Source of the DNA: Geosiphon pyriformis uo1
Lineage: Eukaryota; Fungi; Glomeromycota
Reading direction: 5' to 3'
Assembly (NCBI GenBank): GCA_016748015.1
Contig: JAAOMT010000678.1
Span: forward strand, 600,389 to 664,388
DNA: 64,000 bases
Position 1 is the first letter of the stretch, and each line of letters starts with the position of its first letter. The translations under genes were made by a program, and so were the position numbers. This document shows, in pieces, positions 27,021 to 39,965 of the stretch. A model generated the notes under the pieces. The model was not told where the DNA came from, made no database searches, and saw only the letters and a list, made by a program, of their open reading frames with translations.

Positions 27021-27686
27021 TTGTGTTACCATAAGTCTGTGTACTTATTGCATGTACTTAATACCTCGCAATATATCTAGATTGAGAACCAATAAAAAGA
27101 TAAAGATTATGGGAGCAGATTAATTATAAAAAATTTATATTAATAATGAAATCAGTCTCAAAAATAATTGAGTTTAAGAATTCAACAAATTTTTTGATTA
27201 TCTAAAGGTTAAAAAATAATTTGTGCATTTTAGGATTCAATAACAAAATGAAATACTTTTATCTTTTGGTGAGTAAGAATCTTTGAGTTCTAAGAAAACT
27301 TTATATATTTATTAAAAAGATTAATAATCAGATTAATGATTAAATATGTTAAATGTAGATAATTAACATTAGATAAAATAAAAATTTATGCATTTATGAT
27401 AAGATTAATATATATAAATAAATAGACAAATTGAATGTATTTGTTTTTTTTTTTGGAGAATATTTCTTTAAGATATTCTTTTTGTTCAATATATATTTCA
27501 AATTCAAAAAAATTCTTTCAAAACTTATTAAATTGTATTCAATTTTGGTTTGACTTTAAATATACAAAATTGGATTAAAAAAAGTAAAAGTTTCAAAAAA
27601 AGTTATATATTTAAATAATAAATTTTTTCTTTCTGAGGAAAACAATATATATAGGTTTCGAAATGATAAAAAGGATTTTCAAAAAC

Positions 27687-28085
27687 TCAAGGATGAATTA
27701 ATAATAATTGAGTTTTTTCGTAATGTTTTTGGGATGGCGCATTTATTTGAACATCTTTTGACCAACAAAACTTTCGAACCATTATCATATTAGATGCTTG
27801 CGTTGTGTTTAAATCGGAATTTGAAATTTGTAATTCATTGTTCGGATTGTTTTGGTTTGTTTCGTTTGATTCCCTGTCGAAAGCTTGCTCTACCAATTCT
27901 CCAGATGTTTCTTCATCTTCCCGGTTTATCAAGCTATTGTTAAACATTGTACGATCGACTGAATAAACATTGCAACAATTTGGATTTTTAATAACCTTAA
28001 TCCACTTATTACGAATATCATCTCCATTACGAATATGATTTTGAGGGGGAGAATTTTTTTGACGAATATTGCATTTTGAAAACAT
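27687..28085 (-). CDS. Small His-Pro-terminal protein HP3 (132 aa)
   Basis: ATG-initiated intronless Asn/Glu-rich ORF ending ...KTQLLLIHP* (CATCCTTGA); convergent with HP2. Confidence 0.65.
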   Translation of the reverse strand: MFSKCNIRQKNSPPQNHIRNGDDIRNKWIKVIKNPNCCNVYSVDRTMFNNSLINREDEETSGELVEQAFDRESNETNQNNPNNELQISNSDLNTTQASNMIMVRKFCWSKDVQINAPSQKHYEKTQLLLIHP

Positions 28086-29139
28086 ATCGAGTCGATATTA
28101 AGTTTTTAGAGAGAAAGAGTGTTGAAATTAAAAAAAAATTGAAAATAAATCTAAAGGTAAAATATAATTTTTCTCAGCTTGAGCTTCTTTTAAGTAGGTG
28201 AGTTTGATTCTGAAATTACGTGAATCGCTGACAAAAGGTGACACAAAGTTCCAAATGGTCCATTTGTACTTTTGAACCAAAAATCTAATGATTGTGGGTT
28301 TTTTGGCTAGTTGACTTGAAATTACAATGTTTCAAAAGACTCTTTAGATGAAAGAAATTCGAGCATAATTTTTTATAAAGTCTCAAGTGAGTCTAATTAA
28401 AAAAAAAATGGGTCTTTACAGGCCTGGATCATGCAAATGAAAACAAAAAAAATTCGGCACCCAATCAATATAATTTAAGGAAAATCATTTATATGATTAT
28501 TTTAGATAACAAATATTTGTTTGTTCCTCAAGAATCTTTTTAAAAGAATTTTGAAGAGATATCTAGATTTGGTTTAAAATGATTTCGAAATTCCGAAAAA
28601 CATCTTCGATTAGCTTCTTTTAGCTTTGAATGATTTTTTTCTTTCAATAATCCAGTTAGGTTTTATTACGATATCATGATGAAATGTGTGTTGTAAAAGA
28701 TTATTTAGTCTGTTTAGAAATCGAATTTAATTGAGCTTTTTTAAATTGTTTCTGGAACATAAAGAAATGGTTTTAATATATTAAATGTTAGGAACTATTA
28801 ACCACTTAAATCCAGCAGGGTAGTTAATATTAGTTAGTTTTATTCTTCTCGAAGAAAAATTTAAATAATTTATAGTTTTTTAATAGTTTTAAGGTGAAGC
28901 TTTATAATAAAGGCTTTTTAAGTGAAAGAGTTTCTTGCAGTAAAATTTTTTTTACAGTACATGATATGAGCCAACAAACAATACTTTACCTTTTTTAATT
29001 TTCTATTTGGAAAGGTTTTATGAGGGGTAAATTTGTTGCTATGATGATCCTTTTAAATGATTGAAAGAAAAAAATAAGGAACATTTATTTTTGGAACACA
29101 TCGATATTGTTCCTAAATTAATTTATTGAAAAAAAAATA

Positions 29140-29226
29140 CATAAAGTGGGTATTCTAAAAAATAAATCACATAAAGTGAGTAGTCTAAAAAATAAATGCA
29201 TAAAGTGGGTATTCTAAAAACTAAAT
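29140..29226. repeat. Three-copy ~29-30 bp minisatellite
   Basis: cataaagtg(g/a)gta(t/g)tctaaaaa(a/c)taaat occurs three times. Confidence 0.9.
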
Positions 29227-30929
29227 TTTCGCTACCCAAAAGCGAAATTTCAATGAACTTTGAATTTCTTTTTCTTCCAATTGGAGCCTATTTTCTCCGA
29301 TTTTGCAACCTTTTTTTTTGAAAATATTGCTAATAATATAGAGATGAAGTCTCGAATTTAAATTATCAAAAGATTGAAAAAAACTCATTCGCGCAAACCA
29401 AAATTTTACTTTTTTTCCTCCGAAAATAAGTCAGATGTATGATTTCAAAGTATATTGCATATTAATTATGTTTGTTTACTTGTTTTATGTTTATAATTGA
29501 TTTGATTAATTAAGCTCAAGGCGAGAAACATAGTTTCAGACCATAATTATTGATTATTTAACAATTTGGTAATATTTAAAAATCTTTTAATTTCAAAACC
29601 ATTTATTGTTAATTGAATTAAGGTGTTTTTTTAAGAAATTTGATGCTAAAAAATCGCTCGATTCTGATTTTCGTTTTGAAAACTTTTTTTTTTTGCCTTT
29701 TACAACAATAAAAAAGATTAGGAGACGTTTCTAAATACTAACTAACAAAGGAATCAACATTTTTTCGTGAGAATTTAAAAAATATGAAAAATTGTCCCTC
29801 TAATTGGAATAATTAATTCGGATTAATATAACTATTATTATACTTTGGCAATTGTAAATAACAGAGTAGAACTTAACGTAGATAGAAAGCTTGCGATACA
29901 ACATTGAAAAAACAATTAAATCACCTGGAATAACAAGCTTTCTTGCTTGTATCGAATTCAGGTAATTAAAGATTTGAACACTTATCATAATTGGACATCA
30001 AGCATTTGTAAATTATACCATTTATTTTAAACTACAAAGGTATAGGAATTACTCACACGGGTTTATTTTATTTAATAGTAAAAAAACCATAATAATTAAA
30101 CTGATTCTGGATGTTCTGATGAAAAATAATTTGTATTAAAATAGATTTTTTTGTAAAAAGCGGGGGATATGTTGGTTGTTTTTTAACTCTAAGATCATCA
30201 TAATAAAAGTGTGTACCACAAAGATCGACAAATTATCTCAGGACACCATTTTAAAGTTTTCACACAAGATTTCAATTCTTTGAAGTTTATCTAAGTAATA
30301 ATTGATCAAATTGCAATATTGTCATTATTCATGAAATATCAAATTGACTAGCCTTCTTGAGAAATTTATTTCGGTTAAAACTATTTGATTAAATGTCAAA
30401 ATTTAACTAACCTTAATTCACATATAAATACCAACATATAAAAATTTTAATCACAATAAATTAATGTTTGCTTTTATTTACAATTGTATTTGCTACTATG
30501 TTTTTTATTAGATTTCTTAAATTTTAAACAATTTTTACTTATTTATGTTTGAAAATTTATGTTTAATTAAAAAAATTAATTATTATTGAAAATTGTTAAT
30601 ATAAACTTTAAGAAAAATAAGTTTTAATTAATATATTATTATTATAAGGTATGTTAATTGTTTTTTAATTGTTTTTTAATAATTTCATTTAACATGTATT
30701 TGTTATTTTTTAAATCCAATAAACTATTATTAAACTAATAAAAATATTTAAACAAACTGTTTGTTTTAAAAATATAATCATTGATATTTCTAATAAATAA
30801 TAATAAATAATAAAAATACATAAAAAATAATTATAAACAACAATACACTGACTGCCAGCTTTGTAATTAATATACAGATACTATAAATAAATTCTGAAAA
30901 TAATGTTTTTATTTATTATATTAGTAATA

Positions 30930-32300
30930 TATTGTATTGTTTAACAAAAAATAAATTTTTTTATAATTTATATATACTCTTTTTCTTTTGTATTTTTATG
31001 ATCACAATCATAACAAAAAGTAAAAAAGTTGTAATTCCTTTATTTTTTGAAACACCTGGTAATATTTTTATCAATAAAGCATTTACAATTATTAAAGCTA
31101 TGCAAAAATACTTTGTAAAAACACTTCTCTTAAAAAAAATAGTAATTAGCCAGTCTTTTGTTGATTTTAGATCACTTTTTTTTTGTTCAAAAATTTTTCT
31201 TTTTTTAAAAAGACTCACCTAAAATAATTTTAATATGATTTTTGTTTTTTTTAAAAGTCTTACTTTTTTTTATTGCTGCTTAGATGATTAAAATAATCAA
31301 AAAACAACTTCTTTGACTCTTTGCTATAATTAATAGCAATTTTTTAAAGTGTTAAAAATTTTTTTCTGGTGTTTTTAATATCTCTGGTTTTTTTGTTAAT
31401 TTTGTATTATCTGTATTAATTATAATGTTTAGCTCTATTATTACTATAAATAAAAAAAACTTTTTACTTTAAACAATAATAATAGAAACACATTGGTCAA
31501 TCTTAGTTTGAATTAGTGTTTGGTTATATTATTTAATATATTAGTTATGTTGATACTGTTTTAAATATTAAGATTTAGATTATTTGGATTTAAATTATAA
31601 AATGTCTCTATTTTTTCTTCTTAAATCTTTATTCAAATCTGTAATTAGTCTCAAGATTTTTAAATTTTATTTTACTAATGCTTATTTTTATATAAAGATT
31701 TTTGTTCTATTGGTTTTTTAACTGCTGTTTTTTTGGTTGCTATTACTGCTGCTAATATAGTTAATTTTGTAGTTGGGTCTAAATTGGTTTTTTTGAAATT
31801 TGATTTAATTAAATTAATCTTATTGGTTTAGTTTATTATTAAATTTATTAGTACTTTGGCTTTTTTTATTATTAATAATTTTTTTGTTTTGTATACTAAA
31901 TTGAAGAAAATAGTTTATATTATATAAGATAAAACTTCTGTTTTTAAAAATTTTTTTGGTAATATAAGTAAAATATTGTTAAATTTGAAGTAGAAAATAA
32001 GATTAAAAATAATAATATAAATATTTTTGTTGTTAATGTTAATTAAGATATATTTTTTAGATAATAGCTTTTTAAAAACATTAGATATTTAATATCAAGT
32101 TGAATACAAATAAGACTATCAAATTAATAAGTAGTATAATTATAAATAATAATATTTTGGTTGCTTTTATGCATAAAATGTCTTTTTAGAATGAAGTTTT
32201 ATTAGAATTAATATAGTTTAGTCTAAATTAAGCATATATCTAGTCACATATAAAAAATGCGTGAATTATATTTAATTTAGAACCTTATATTAGATAGTAA
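30930..32300. repeat. AT-eroded R1 repeat copy (orientation as 9.2-11 kb)
   Basis: 31750-31880 resembles 10820-10930; 32220-32290 is the reverse complement of 7400-7460 and 54350-54410. Confidence 0.6.
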
Positions 32301-33388
32301 TTAGGCTTAATATATCAAAAAAATAAATAAATAAAATTATGAATTATTAATCGATTATGCTTTAAATTATTTTAATTGTTTATTATTCAATTACTTAATT
32401 ATTTAATTTAATTATTATTAGTAATTATAAAGTGTGATTAAATGCAACATGTAAATTATATATAATATCCAAAGTTTTATAGCATTAAAAAATTTGAAAT
32501 TACATTTTCAAAATGGGCTTTAATTAATTTTTGGTGTTAATAAATAGAACACAAATTGTTAATAAAATTTTTTTTAATCTTGTAGTTTTTTAATATGAAT
32601 GTAATGTTATAGAATTTTTGTTCAATCTTAAAGTATATGTATATATAATATATGCAACAAGTGAAAATTTTTTTGATATTTAAAACATTAATTTGTTCTG
32701 TTATGGCATTATAAATGCATAATAAATAGTTAAAAAATACTAAATTAAATAAGTGGTTTAAATAATTAATTAAATTTAATTATAATTTTATTTTAAAAAA
32801 CCCGCAATTTCTGTAGCTTAAAAAAAACAAGAATTTTATTTTTTTTATTTAATAAACAAAATTTAGTAAAAATAAAAATAAAAAATATTATTACTCAGCT
32901 TTCAATTGATTTTATCTTAAAAATTAAAAACATAATAGTTAATTTTTTAATATTCATATTTATTTTTTTGAGTTTAATTATTTTTATTTTCCTTTATATA
33001 AGATGAGAATTTCTTACCTTATTTTTAATTGTTACACCGATTATCATGTGCATGAAACTAAAGATACACGAAAATCACCATATAGCACAAAACTTGAATG
33101 TGCATTTAAAGATACTCTATATATTTTTGCAAGGCTGAAATACCTGTCAAAAATGTTTTAGAATGATAAAAAAACTTTTAAAACGCCTCGAAATGAGAAA
33201 AGACACCTTAATCTATTGGTAAGTTGTAAGTTTTATGGAAGAAACGATGTAAGGAGAAAAAAGTGTCAGCCACGCTTTTGCATGACTGATTACTAATAGT
33301 CAAGTTACTGTATTAGACAATCATGTTCAAAACCACCCGAACGGTATAACCAGCTGACTTAATTATAAAAAATTCGGTTCTCACAAAT

Positions 33389-33446
33389 CTGGTTCATTAT
33401 AGCCAGATATCGGCATAAGCTGGTTCGTTATAGCCAGAGTCGACTG
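33389..33446 (-). mobile_element. Orphan pogo/Tigger-type terminus
   Basis: Reverse complement reads TA|cagtcgactctggctataacgaaccag, with the subterminal repeat ctggttc(a/g)ttatagccaga duplicated (33389-33407, 33420-33438). Partner TIR not found. Confidence 0.65.
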
Positions 33447-35929
33447 TACAAGCTTTTATCCTTATTAGCAAAAGAACTCTAATTTTATTTAATAAAAATG
33501 AATCAGGCTTATTTAAATGAAACATTTTTGGAGAATTATGTGTTATTGTCTATAAAGAGATAGATGAAAGCATTCATTTTGAGAAATTTAAATTTTCCTT
33601 TCTAAGAGCTTTTATTTTTTCTTTGGATTTTAAATGTTAAGTATATTTAAAACTAAATACGAATCTTTCATTCCCATTAAATATAAGCTTAAATACTTTC
33701 GATGAATTTTTATATGTATTTAAAACATTGGATTTTTGATGTCAAATCTTATTGTATGAAAAAATCGAATATTTCCAAAATAAAAATAAATAAAAAATAT
33801 TGTGTATATTCTTCTCTGAGAAAGTTTTTATTATAATAGGCCAATATAATCTATTCAATTTGCATGACTTTGGTTCTTATTTGTACTCTCCTCAATATAG
33901 ATATCAGAATTGCAAAATTTTTACCATTTAGATTGACTAAGCTAATCTCAAAGCTTTTAAGCTCTGCAAACGACCTAATTGATATATTTAGTATCTCGTA
34001 ACAGCTATATGCGCAGATGTTTCCAAGTTAAAATATGTAATTCTCTTTGTGAAAACCAGTGGCTATTTCCTCTTGAACACAAAATTGATGAAATAAAACA
34101 GAAAATATTATACACTTAAAAAGGAGTCATTATTTTGCAACTAGGTTTAATATAGAAACAAAATAACTAATTATTAACAGGTTTGAATTTAGGCAAAAAA
34201 TTTTATAAAATTTAAAGGGTATTTGAATTTATCTTAAAGTCTTTCCAATCTAGACTCTCATATGAAATGCTATAGGTCTCGGTAGCATATAATACCATGT
34301 TTTCTAAAAAAATAGCTCTATCAAGCAACAGTAAGTGATAGCAATTTTCAAAATTGATTGGATTAATGGCAAAAATTTGGTATATAAATAATATCATCAA
34401 ATATGCATATTTTGATAAGTTTGAATTTGAAATCTGTTTAATATGGGGACTAGATTCAGTTAAACAAAATATCAAATAAGGTATCAGTTTCAAACTTAAA
34501 ATCCATTGACTTTTCAAATTTTTTAACCATTGTCATAGATCCTTTTTTTTTCAAATGCCTGGAAATAAATTAAAATCATTGCTTCTAGAATCTTTATCGC
34601 AATCAAACTATTAATTGGCTTCAGTTGCTCTAGTTTTTAATATGATATGCATTCTCCGTTGTTTCATATCAACTTGAATTTTCAAAAGCCAGCTCAAATT
34701 TTTAACAATATTACAAAGAATCACTATTGTTGCAATATTAATCTGATAGCTGAAAAGTTTTTAATTGGATCAAGAATTTAATATTTTTGTAGCCATAATA
34801 ATTAGTAATTGGAATATTTTCTATCCTGTTTCAATATTAGAACGGCTTTCTGCAGAATTGGAAGTTCGTATGCGTTGTATATTTTTATGCATCAATGGTA
34901 AGAAACACAAATGGGTAGATGAAATTTTTTTTGGTACAATCAGAATTTGTGTATTACTTTGAATTCAAGAAATTAGAAATAAGATTGATTTGAAACAAAA
35001 TAACCTGCCCCCCTATGATATCACTATTTAAAAGTCTTGATAAGGTCACAATCATTTGAAAATGTATTAACAAAAAAAGTTATTTTAAGAACAAATATTA
35101 GCTTTTAGAAAATTATTGTGATAGATAGAGTTGATGACATATACTTTTTTAAATATGAAAATTATCGATTAACCGATAATTGATACTGCAAGTTTTATGC
35201 GTAATATATATTTTCTTGAAATTTTCTCCTTTCTCTTATTACGAGATTATTTAAAACTAAATAATTCAGATTTCCCAAAAAAAAGAAACTTTGAGGCATA
35301 GAAAAAATAAAACTAAAAGTGATCTAAAATTAGAAATCAATAAGGAAAATTAGTTTTGGAGAAATGCAGTTGACTAATTTTTGAAAATTGCTTTCTTATA
35401 ATAACTTTTTCATATTGTACTTTCCTTGCTAAAACTAAAAATCCATTTTCAATATAATTTTCTCAAAGCTATCATTTGTATCATTTTCATATCTAATTTT
35501 TAAATACTTTAATTGATTTTTTTGTCCTTTAGGATTCTTAAATAATGAAAATTTGTTGTTGTATATGATTATAATCTTTTCAGCCTAATAAATAAGAAAA
35601 ATTGTGTATGAAACCAAACGATTTTTCAATTCTACGAGACTATATTTTTTATTATAAATTGTTTCATTGAAGTCAAAAAGAGCTATTAGTATTTTTTTGA
35701 AAAAGTTTTTACAAGAAATTTTTTGATAATCACAGTTTATATTATTAAATAAAGACTTATAGTTAAATTTCATTTTTAGTATTTTTTTAAATATTAGTTA
35801 AAAGGAAATTTTCAATTGTTTAGCCATCAGCGAAAACCAAGTGACGAAATTATGCTCTGCGTAAAACAGTTGAAAAATTCCTTTGAATGATTTTAATTTT
35901 GATTTTCTTCTTTAAAGTCATCAAAAATT

Positions 35930-36331
35930 TCAAGGATGTACCAGCAAGAAACAATTTGGCAATGGAGGGTGTGGTCTCCGAACAAAAATTGGTGATGTCT
36001 GTGTAGATGATTTCGTGTTCCTCAAATTTTGGACTTCAGAAAAGCTCAAAGATAAGTCTAAACCAAAGGAGGAATTTTCTTGACGAGTATTAGACCCGAT
36101 ATAGCTTTGGATTGAATTAAAAGATTGATTAAACTCTGAATTGTGTGTTGCTGGGTTTCTATTTTCTATTTCCAATTCTCCGTTTCGCGGTGACATGTTT
36201 CTAGAATTATTTGAATTTGTATTTATCAAAGAATTTGGACTATTCATCTTTGATTTTAGCTGAGTTTTTAAATCATTTTCGGAGAGGACACAAAAGTGTT
36301 TTTGAATTTTTTTTAGGTCTGTCTCAGACAT
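35930..36331 (-). CDS. Small His-Pro-terminal protein HP4 (133 aa)
   Basis: Start context taaaaATGtct; Asn/Ser-rich; internal repeat SETDLKK/SENDLKT; ends ...FVRRPHPPLPNCFLLVHP* (CATCCTTGA). Confidence 0.7.
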   Translation of the reverse strand: MSETDLKKIQKHFCVLSENDLKTQLKSKMNSPNSLINTNSNNSRNMSPRNGELEIENRNPATHNSEFNQSFNSIQSYIGSNTRQENSSFGLDLSLSFSEVQNLRNTKSSTQTSPIFVRRPHPPLPNCFLLVHP

Positions 36332-38249
36332 TTTTATGTTCCCTTTGGCAATTTAATGGTAGGTAACAAAGAAAGTTTTTTTGGACAGCGGGTAAAGAAG
36401 CATAAAAGATTATTCAAAATGATGGTCAATCTACTTTCCTAATCATCATATTTATATTTTCTAAAAAGGACTCGTGATTTCTCTTCAATTTATTAAAATA
36501 GAGAAATCTTTTGATTACAAACTTTTTAATAAAGCTAAAATAATAGAAAATTCTAAGAAATCAATGAAAGAATGCGTAATCTATGAAACCTTTTCTGGTT
36601 TGACACCCGGAAATGAATGCTTTTTGGAGGCAAAAGCCAAATGACTCCGGTTACCTAAAATATTCTCATTGATGTATGTAAATTGATTTTCGGAAATTCA
36701 TTTTCTGCTTTTCATTTCAATTTTTAAGATCTTTGGCTGCAGGATAATTTAATCCACATCGCATTTGTATCCACATGTGTAATCGAACTTAACATTAAAA
36801 AGCTATATTTAAACATAGATATTTGGGAGAAGTTAGCCTATTTGATTGGAAAGATTTTTTTGAATACGGAATAATTATTATCCATAAGGTTTTGAATTAA
36901 GATAGGCGATTAAATTTTAACCATTAAGGCCTTCATATATAAAAGACATGTAATTGGTTAGTGTTTTAATAGTCCTTTTCAAGTTAAAATAATCATCATC
37001 AATTCACCTTCAAAGATTTACTGGAAACGATTTTAAGTTTTACAAATCATTTCCTCAAAATAATCAGTTTTAAATACATCACTTTAAACTACACACATAG
37101 AACAGCTTTCTCGTTCTAGAAGGGCTAATTTTGATTTTTTTGTTTCTTGAATTACAAATTTTTATTATGAACTGCCTTTCCCAAACTTACCCATTTGTTA
37201 TGATATTTACTTTTTGTTTTTTGTGAAAAAGTGTCAATATTGTTTCATTACCAGAAACAAAACTCTTTTGTCTGTCTAACAACAAAATACTTAATCCCAT
37301 TCAGCAGATCTTTGCAACCTTTTGTAATTTTGACATTCAATGGCGGGCTTTTTGATCATAGAATTTTAATTCCTAATTTTTTATCTTGATTCGGTCGATA
37401 GGGGAACTTGTTTTATAATTATTCCAAAAGAAATTTTATATATAACTCCCTTTAACAATCGGAATTTCCATTTTCCAGTTAAATGACTATCCCATATTCA
37501 TAAATAATGTAATAACGAAATTACACAAATAATTAACACCAGCTATTTCAGAATTTGAATCAAGGTTTAATTAACTATCTGCCCTACTAAAAAATCTCGT
37601 GTCTCGGCACTTCAAAGAATAAAGGAGAAGTTTTAGGACAATGCCCTCAAAAATTTTTGATTCAAAGATCACTGGTTGAATAAAAAAAAATCACCTCATC
37701 TTTTTACTGAATTTTTTAAGGAATAAAGATCGAGAAAACCTCTTCGATTCTTTGAAATTTCAAAAGAGTTATACGAGACACCAAGCAAAAAAAAGTAAGA
37801 TCTGATTTAATATTTTGACACATCAAAACCTTAAATAAAGTTTACCGTTTTATCTACGTAGAACAAAACTCTAATCTCTTTTTCAAAAAGCCTTTCTAGC
37901 CGTAACACAACAGAAATTATCTGTTTACCTTTTTCAAAATCTTCTTATCTCTTAAGATTGCGTGCCTTTTAAAGCTTATCATGAAAATGAATTTTCATGG
38001 ATTAGGAAAACTCAATCCGTGGGAATTCAAAATTTATAAATGGTAGAAAAATTTTGCCAAATATGTGAGTTCTATAACATTTGATTTCAAACTATGCTTG
38101 CATTTCTATGCCCAACTTTTAGCAAAAGATTTGAAACCTTTCAATTTAAAATTAATATATAGAATGTTCATCCAAGCAAGAATTAATAACTTGGAGATTA
38201 TGAATTGGATTGTAACACATTAATAATAAACAATACTAAGCATTGCTAT

Positions 38250-39450
38250 TATTTCCTGGGCGCCATTTTCATCTCTATCTATCACAATTCCACAATCACG
38301 GCATTTTGTACACTTCGGACCCTCCGATTATTTGGATGTGTAAATTAATAACACGAACCGGCCTTGCTGATCTGGCGTTATCTAAGACGATAATTCGTCT
38401 ATTAAAGCATTTTCGGGAGAGTTTTCGTGTAATCTTTCTTGCTTTGTGACTCATCATGTCCGACACTTCAAAAGGAGGAATGAAAATGGAATCGAATTAG
38501 CGGGTAAAGAATCTAACTGATTTCTGACGAATTTCATTTTGCAGACGTATAACTTTCGCAGCATCTGAAAGATCGCCTTATCGAGTCACCGAGTCATTTT
38601 ATTCTTTTGTTTTGAGGAGGCTGTTAATAACTTATCCTTTTTGCAAATGAGATCATTCAAGTACTTGCAAATGCAAACCATATGTCCATAGAATGTTTGC
38701 CAATCTTGTCTACACCTTTTGATGGGGCCACTTGTATTTTTACGCTTTTTTAAAATTAGAGAGGCGATAGTACATGTAAAAAAATTTATTATCGTTACCT
38801 TGTGTCGATGTGCATATGCATATATTGCTGGAGTGTGAAGGTAAGATATATAGAAGTGATTCCAAGATAACTTGGCAAAATTCTGAGTACGAATTGTCAT
38901 GATGTGATGGAGTGCCTTACGAGATTGAAAGAAAGATGCGCTGATGGACCTTGTTTGCTGTGCATAACTTCCTTTTGTGCAAACAATGCTTTGATCAATC
39001 GTTTCGTCTGAGATTTTAAGAGCTGAGACTAAGCGACCTCTTACGAACATCCAAGACAGACTATGAATTTGCAAAAAAAATTTGCCTCGGACAGCTGAAC
39101 GTCATCAAAAAGAAGAGATCTTTGAACACACGTCTAGGTTTTAACCATCCTGTTGCCATGATAACATCTTATTTGATAATAATGCGACTCGGTTTGTTCC
39201 ATTTCACAACAGTATTAAAGGCAAATCTCGTCAAGCCATCCATCGCTTCAATAGCTGCTTCTGAGGGTGGTTGGGATGCATCTTAACTAGCAACGTGCGG
39301 TTGGGGATGCCTTCCTCTTCTGGCGTTTGCCATGAGCTGCTGTTGCCTTTCCCTTACACTTTTTTTTTCCTGCGTTCTCGTTAGTAGCGAGCGGCTCTGC
39401 TTCCCTGCATGCGGTAGATGAAGCGTCTTAAGCCCTTGGCGCTTGACGTC
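38250..39450 (-). mobile_element. IS607-like element relic, copy A: TnpA tail plus TnpB/Fanzor2-type nuclease pseudogene
   Basis: Broken frames: FIYRMQGSRAARY*RERR (TnpA tail); RTLLVKMHPNHPQKQLLKRW/GLTRFAFN (TnpB N-terminal HTH); PSKGVGKIG; FDSIFIPPFEVSDMMSHKARKITRK; IGGSEVYK/CRDCGIVIDRDENGA (Zn knuckle plus RuvC-III Asp, 38279-38259). Confidence 0.85.
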
Positions 39451-39965
39451 AGAGCCAATATTGGTGAGAACATTGATTTAAGGCAAGAAAAGTATTGTTT
39501 AAACCATTTTTACTTAAATATTTGATCAAATAAGTCCTGAAAAGGACATTTTATAACAATTTTTTTCAACTTTCAATGTCTTTAAAAGCATCATTAAAAT
39601 GAATGGCTTTTCCATAAAAATTCAATATTTAAAGTAAGGAGTTTACTCAAATTCTTTGAAAGATCAAGATTTTCTATAATCAAGTCGTTTAAATAATGAT
39701 TCTAATGGTGAAACATTTTTTCACTTATGTTACGAGATATAAGTTTGTGTTTTTATTGTTTTATAAATATATTTCTCTAAATTTGAGTTATGAAATTATA
39801 AAGGGCTCGCGTAATAAAGATTTCTTATATTAGGATAATCAAAATTCAGCTAAAAATTTGAATCTATATTTTGGAAAAATTAAGTGGTAAAATATCCTAA
39901 TACCCATTGTCCTAGGGTGTACTTTTTTCTGATAAGATTTGACTGAATGCTTTTAAACTTCGATA

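Noticed and set aside
29140-29226. CRISPR-like repeats
   Set aside because: Head-to-tail units with no spacers, in a eukaryotic context; this is a minisatellite.
33850-34980. Decayed minus-strand gene-like region (ORF 34212-34517)
   Set aside because: No recognisable domain; multiple stops.
12599-36331. HP ORFs as CLE/CEP-like plant peptide mimics or a-factor-type pheromones
   Set aside because: No signal peptides, no CLE or CEP consensus and no CAAX box.
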